From: the human T2T-CHM13v2.0 reference genome, Homo sapiens
Strand: one strand, 5' to 3'
Assembly (NCBI RefSeq): GCF_009914755.1
Contig: NC_060947.1
DNA: 64,000 bases
The translations under genes were made by a program, and so were the position numbers. Within the stretch, counting starts at the first letter, position 1. Each line of letters starts with the position of its first letter. This document shows, in pieces, positions 39,569 through 64,000 of this stretch. A model generated the notes under the pieces. The model worked only from the letters and a program-made list of their open reading frames with translations. It was not told the DNA's origin and made no database searches.

Positions 39569-41669
39569 TATAAATTACTAATATTAAGTAAACTTTATGT
39601 TGACCAACACCAGGATATATTCTATGGATGTCATTATTTTGAATTAAGAATTAGTGTTTAACATCCCTAAATTGTTTTGAGTGCTTGATTATAATTTGTA
39701 AAAAAAAGTTTATTTTTAATATTTCTTTACATTTTAAACAAAGCTTATATTTCAGAAAAAAAAAAAAAGAGACAGAACATGGCCGGGTGCAGTGGTTCAC
39801 GCTTGTAATCCCAGCACTTTGGGAGGCCGAGGTGGGCAGATCACTTGAGGTCAGGAGTTTGAGACCAGCCTGGCCAACATGGAGAAACCCCGTCTCTACT
39901 AAAAGTACAAAAATTAGCCAGGCATGGTGGCACCCGCCTGTAGTCCCAGCTACATGGGAGGCTGAGACAGAATAGCTCGAACCCGGGAGGCAGAGGCTGC
40001 AGTGAGCTCGAGAGTGTGCCACTGCACTACAGCCTAGGAGACAGAGTGAGAATCCCTCTTGAAAAAAAAAATGTACAGTACATTTTCATCACCGCAATGC
40101 TATCCCTTGTGCTACTCATTTTTAGTAATACTCTCCTCCCATCCGCCATCCCTAATCCCTGGCAACCACAAATCTGTTTTTCGTTTCCACAATTTTGTCT
40201 TTTCTACAATGCTGTACAAGTGAAATCTTACAGTATATAACGTTTTACGGGCTTATTTCACTCAGCGTAATTCCATGGAGATTCCTCCAAGATATTGATA
40301 TTTGTGTATCAATAGTTCATTGTTGTTGTTGTTGTTGTTGAGACAGAGTCTCACTCTGTCACCCAGGCTAGAGTGCAGTGTCTCGGCTCACTGCAACTGT
40401 CTGCCTCCCGGGTTCAAGCAATTTTCCAGCCTCAGCCTCCCGAGTAGCTCTGACTACAGGTGCGCGCCACCACACCCGGGTAATTTTTGTATCAGTAGTA
40501 AAGATGGGGTTTCAACATACTGGCAAGGCTGGTCTTGAACTCCTGACATCATCATCCACCCGCCTCGACCTCCCAAAGTGCTGTGATAACAGGGTGAGCC
40601 ACTGTGCCCTGACGATAGTTCATTTTTATTGCTGAGTAGCATTCCAGGGGATGGATATACCACAGTTTGACCATTCACTTATTTTAGGACATATTGATTA
40701 TTTCCAGCTATTGGCTATTACAAGTAAAGCTGCTATGAACAATTATGTACAAGTTTCTGGATGGGCATACATTTTAATTTCTCTGAAGTGTAATTGTTGA
40801 ATTGTATGGTCACTGCATTGTTTAGTTTTATAAGAAACTACCAAACTGCTTTCCAGAGTGGCTGTAAGATTTTACCTTCCCAGCAGCACTTAATGAGGTG
40901 TCCAGTTTCTCTGCATCCTTGTCACCATTTGGTGTTGTCACTATGTCTTTTATTTTAGCTATTGTAATAAGTGTGTAGTGATACCTCATCGTGGTGTTAT
41001 TCTGCATCTAGTGAAGCAAATGAGTGTTGAACATCTTTTCATGTGCTTATTTGCTTATTTCCTCTTCAGTGAAATGTATGTTCATATCTTTTCATGATTT
41101 TCTAATTGGATTATTTGTTTGTATTTTTTACCATTGAGGTTTTTATTATTTTTTTTTTCTTGAGACAGAGTCTTGCTCTGTTACCCAGGCTGGAGTGCAG
41201 TGGCACGATCTTGGCTCGCTCCGACCTCCACCTCCGAGGTTCAAGTGATTCTCGTGCCTCAGCCTCCAGAGTAGCTGGGATTACAGGCATGCATCATCAT
41301 GCTTGTCTAATTTTTGTATTTTTAGTAGAGATGGGTTTTTTGCCATGTTGCCCAGGCTGGTCTTGAACTCCTGGCCTCAAGGGATCTGCCCTCCGTCCAC
41401 CTCGACCTTTCAAAGTGCTGGGATTACAAGCCTGAGCCACCACGCTCAGCCTACTGTTGAGTTTTGAGAGTACTATACGTATCCATTGTATATTCTGGAT
41501 GTGAGTCCTTTCTTGGATATGTGGTTTGCAAACATTTTCTTTCAGATCGTACCCTATTTTTTCATCCTTTTAACAAGATTTCTTGCAGAGCAAAAGTTTT
41601 AAATTGGATAAAATCTAATTTATTTTTTTCTTATGTATTATGCTTTTTGAACCATTCACTATGCCCTAG

Positions 41670-41968
<299 letters not shown>

Positions 41969-42391
41969 TGATCCGCCCACCTCGGCCTCCCAAAGTGCTG
42001 GGATTACAGGCGTGAGCCACCGTGCCCGGCCTTTTTTAGTTTTATATTTTAGATTTAAATCTATGATCCACTTGACTTACTTTTTTGTATAAAGGTATGA
42101 AGACTAGGCCTTATTATTATTATTTTTTTTTTTTTGGCCTATGGCTCTGCAACTGCCCCAGCACCATTTGTTAAGCAGATGATCTTTCCCTATTTTTGTC
42201 TCTTGGTAAAAAATCAGTGTGGGCTATTTCTAGGTTTTCTATTTTGTTACAGCGATCTATGTGTCTATTTTTCTCCCAATGGTATATAGTCTTGATTCCT
42301 GTAGCTATATAAGAAGTATTGAAATATGGTAGAGCAATTCCTCCCACCTTATTCTTCTTCTTTTTCAAAAATTGTCTTAGCTATATAAATA

Positions 42392-42693
<302 letters not shown>

Positions 42694-43610
42694 TGACAAT
42701 TTGTTACAGCAGCAATCAAAAATGAATACACATAGAAATAGATTAATTAGTGAAACAAAATAAAAAGTCAAGAAACAGACTAATTTATATACAAACTTCA
42801 GCATGCATTTCCAAACAGTGGGCAAAAGATGGGGTGTATAATAAAGGATTGTATAATAAAGGATTGTTGTCTATCCATTTGGAAAAATAAACATTAAATC
42901 CTTACTTTCAACCACATAAAATAATAAATTCTAAAAATTCAGAGACTTAAATGTGAAAACGTGAAGTCATAAAGAACTAGATGAAATTTTAGGAAAATAT
43001 TACAGCGTAAGACATCTTGAGTTGGCATAGGCACTTCCTGACATTACACCAAGGCTATAAACAATGAATCTGACATATTTAAAGATGTAAAAAGTAAAGT
43101 ATCATCTAAGTCAAAAGACACCATAAAAAAACTGTTTAAAAAGGCAAATATTAGGCCAGGCACAGTGGCTCATGCCTGTAATCTCAGTACTTTGGGAGGC
43201 CAAGGCGGGCAGATCACGAGGTCAGCAGATCGAGACCATCCTGGCTACCACGGTGAAACCCCGTCTCTACTAAAAATACAAAAAATTAGCCGGGTGTGGT
43301 GGTGGGCGCCTGTAGTCCCAGCTGCTCGGGAGGCTGAGGCAGGAGAATGGTATGAACCCGGCAGGAGAATGGCGTGAACCTGGGAGGCGGAGCTTGCAGT
43401 GAGCCGAGATTGCACCACTGCACTCCATCCTGGGCAATAGAGTGAGACTCCGTCTCAAAAAAAAAAAAAAAAAAAAAGGCAAATTTTGGGGAAAATGAAG
43501 CATCCCCAATAAATTAACAGTAACCATCTCTAATATGTAACAAAGCTTTTCCATATCAATAAGAGAAACTGGAACAACCAAATGAAAAAATGTGTTCAGG
43601 CATGGCACTA

Positions 43611-44069
<459 letters not shown>

Positions 44070-44349
44070 CTACTTGAAGAAATAATGTTCTAGAATTTTC
44101 CCAGTTGAACAAAGACATGAATCTTCAACCTGAAAAGAGCCACCTAGTTCTGAGCCTGATTAACACACATGTGCACACACACCTGCGCACGCAGGAGCGC
44201 ACACACACACACACCCCCTCGGGGTAAAATTTCTAGGATAAAGATAAAATCCTGAAAGGTCCCAGAGAGAAAAAGAGAAGAGAGAATGCAATGGAGAGGT
44301 TTTTCAAGGAGCTGATTTAAAATAACTTTGGGCCAGGCGCAGTGGCTCA

Positions 44350-44654
<305 letters not shown>

Positions 44655-45022
44655 CTATATACAGCCAGAATAATCCAGAATGAGGGGAAAAATATTTCAG
44701 AAAATTCATGACGCATATACCCTTCAGAAATAATTATTGGTATCCAGTCCTGTGAGAAGGGAAAACTAAATTTAGGAGGAAGGAGGTGATTTCAGTAAGC
44801 AATGGCGAGCAGAAAAATAGTAAAATTTATTGAAAAGTGTAAGCTTTAGATTGAAAAATTTTAAAATTACAGTCTTGAACTAAAATTCCCAGTATTATAA
44901 ACTTGGAAGACGGGAGCAGGGACAGGAAAGAAAAGATAAGTTTTTTTGGTGTTCAAGGAAGGGATACAGATGCTAATGAATGATAGAATGCGGTGGTGCA
45001 CGCCTGTAACCTGAGCTATTCA

Positions 45023-45294
<272 letters not shown>

Positions 45295-45429
45295 TCACAT
45301 GCCTGTGGTTCCAGCTACTCAAGAGGCTGAGGCAGGAGAATTGCTTGGACTCGGGAGGCAGAGGTTCAGTGAGCCAAGATCGTGCCACTGTGCTCCAACC
45401 TGGGCGACAGAGGAAGACTCTGTCTCAGA

Positions 45430-45468
<39 letters not shown>

Positions 45469-45979
45469 ATAGAAAACCTATTGGATAGATTGGATATGAA
45501 AACATTAACTGCTCAAATAAATAATTCAGCGGAATAGATTGGATGTTAAAACCGATATAGTTGAAAAAGCAATTACTGAGCTGAGGAAATGCGTCTAAAG
45601 AATTCATAAAAGTAATCAGTAATGGATAGAGAAGAAGTAAATGAAAGAAAAGTTAATTAATAGAGAGGATAGAAGAATAAATGTCAAAACACATCTAATA
45701 GTAGCCTTATAAGAAGAGAATACAGTTATTAAAAAGGAGAGTGTACTTAAATAAGCAATCAATGAGAATTCCTCAGATTTAAAAAAATGACTTAAGGTTT
45801 AAAGGTATTATAGTACACACATACACACAGGAAAAGTGAAATGTAAAATTGTGAAAGACAAAGAAAAAATATTTTAAAAACGATCAGAGAGAAATAGCAG
45901 GTTACTTACGGAGGAAAAATAAACTGACACCGGATCTCTCAAATACCACACTGGAGGCAAGGATACAATGGTGTAATAA

Positions 45980-46357
<378 letters not shown>

Positions 46358-46359
46358 TG

Positions 46360-47160
<801 letters not shown>

Positions 47161-47675
47161 CTGAAAGCAAAAGCAAGAAAGCCAACAGCAGTAAAATGAA
47201 TGGGTCACAAAGGAGAATTTTTGTGCATTGCTAAACAGGACTCTGCTTTAAACATTGTGAAAGTTGATTATGTGAAGTGAGTCACTCTTAGTTGTTTTTT
47301 TTGTTTGTTTTGTTTTGTTTTTTGTTTGTTTTTTTGTTTTTTTTTTTGTTTTTTTTTTTGTTTTTGAGATGAAGTCTCTCTGTGTCACCCAGGCTGGAGT
47401 GCCATGCGTGATCTCGGCTCACTGAAACCTCAGCTTCCTGGGTTGAAGCGATTCTCCCGCCTCAGCCTCCCGAGCAGCTGGGACTACAGCCACGTGCCAC
47501 CACACCCGACTAATTTTGTATTTTTACCGGAGACAGGGTTTTGCCATGTTGACCAGGCTGGTCTCAAACTCCTGACCTCAAGCCATCTGTCCGCCTTGGC
47601 CTCCCAAAGTGCTGTGATTACAGGCGTGCTCCACCGCAACCCACTGAATTGACTCATTCTTGACATACACAACTA

Positions 47676-51097
<3,422 letters not shown>

Positions 51098-51157
51098 GAT
51101 CACCTGCCTAGGCCTTCCAAAATGCTGGGATTACAGGTGTGAGCCACCATGCCCAGT

Positions 51158-52020
51158 GAGGAAAAGAAGTATTAAACGCTATTGTTATTAAAGAAACCAA
51201 AGATCGTGATGCTTGGAAGGTGATTCTAAGACTCGAGATAATGGACTTCTGGCCAAGCCAACCCATGGTGACATCGTCAGGTTTGCGCCTCCACTGGTGA
51301 TCAAGGAGGATGAGATTCGAGAGTCCAGTGAAATCATTAACAAGACCATCTTGTCTTTCTGAGGGTAGCAGCTGTTTTCAGTGGTCCCTGGGAGCCGGCT
51401 GGAGACAGGTGGTCCTGTAAAAGCTCTGCTCTAAATGTAGGCACATTCTACTCCCATGTGTCTTCAAAGCCTTTGTGTGGAATATCCATTATTTTCAGTT
51501 GATACACAATAGAACAACGTTTATGAACCTGCCTTTTGCTTCGTAACGTAAGTAAGAGAATGTAGTGGCATCTATATTCAGTGAAAGTGTTTTGATGTGC
51601 ATCTGTACTTTCTAAGGTAAAACATATCTATGTATACAGAACAGCCTTTAAATCACGTCCTTCAGTATACTTTATATATGTTTTTATAATTTCCTTGCTG
51701 GTAAAAATCTTTTGTATTTGAAAAAGTTATCTCTGGGGTATTGCATAAAAGGCTTCATCTTGTAAAGTCAAATCACTGCTATCATTAAATTTTAGGAAGG
51801 GCGAATGGTTAGTCATATGTAAAATACTAATATTAAGTAAACTTCATATTGGCAAACACCAGAATGTATTCTATGGTTGTCATTATTTTGAATTAAGAAT
51901 TAGTGATTAAAATTCCTAAATTGTTTTGAGTGCTTGATTATAATTTGTAAAAAAAGTTTATTTTTAATATTTCTTTAAATTTAAAATAAGGCTTATATTT
52001 CAGGAAAAAACAAAAAAAAG
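51158..52020 (+). pseudogene. Second, partial OAT processed pseudogene copy (C-terminal codons plus 3'UTR)
   Basis: [60 protein letters not shown] ending ~51362; 3'UTR is paralogous to 38785-39768 but lacks the AluY. Confidence 0.88.
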
Positions 52021-52104
52021 ATACAGAACATGGCCAGGTGCAGTGGTTCACGCCTGTAATCCCAGCGCATTGGTAGGCCAAGGTAGGCAGATCACTTGAG
52101 GTCA

Positions 52105-58003
<5,899 letters not shown>

Positions 58004-58032
<29 letters not shown>

Positions 58033-58242
58033 TGTTTTCAAGGATCAATTCTTAACAGTAGAGGAAAATAGGAAAGCGTGTCAGTGGTCCACCAGAAATA
58101 TTGAGGCATTCCTGGGAGATAGAGTAGATGGGGTCAGACTGATAGAGAAACCCAAGGAGACAAGACCACAGCTCAAATCACTGTAGGCGAGAGATGCTGT
58201 TTGTTTTTTGAGACGGAGACTTACTCTGTCGCCCAGGCTGAG
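58004..58242. other. 239-bp palindrome spacer
   Basis: L1 A-rich tail (58004-58032), a paralog of 22175-22400, and the truncated start of an antisense Alu ending cccaggctgag. Confidence 0.93.

Positions 58243-64000
<5,758 letters not shown>

Overview
Primate, almost certainly human, Xp11.2 SSX cancer/testis gene cluster; the window is repeat-rich eukaryotic DNA and most entries in the ORF track are Alu, L1 or microsatellite artefacts. One intact spliced gene lies on the minus strand: SSX2 (or its palindromic twin SSX2B), 188 aa, coding exons 34597-26826. It also has a 146-nt cassette exon built from a Tigger1 acceptor and an L1MA donor. A 5'-deleted SSX pseudogene (+, 1528-7190) sits tail-to-tail with it in an older inverted duplication whose spacer holds an S100A11 retrocopy. 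An OAT processed pseudogene lies head-to-head with the SSX2 promoter, and a second partial OAT copy follows. The right end is the centre of a near-perfect palindrome (axis 58123, 239-bp spacer) with two inverted L1 copies at its tip. The most novel signal is that the SSX terminal 3'UTR exon, intron 7 and the unique DNA just downstream resemble decayed PRDM9/PRDM7 PR/SET-domain exons, possibly in two tandem sets. That comparison uses the PRDM9 sequence recalled from memory and needs alignment confirmation. Repeat subfamily calls and percent identities are by eye.
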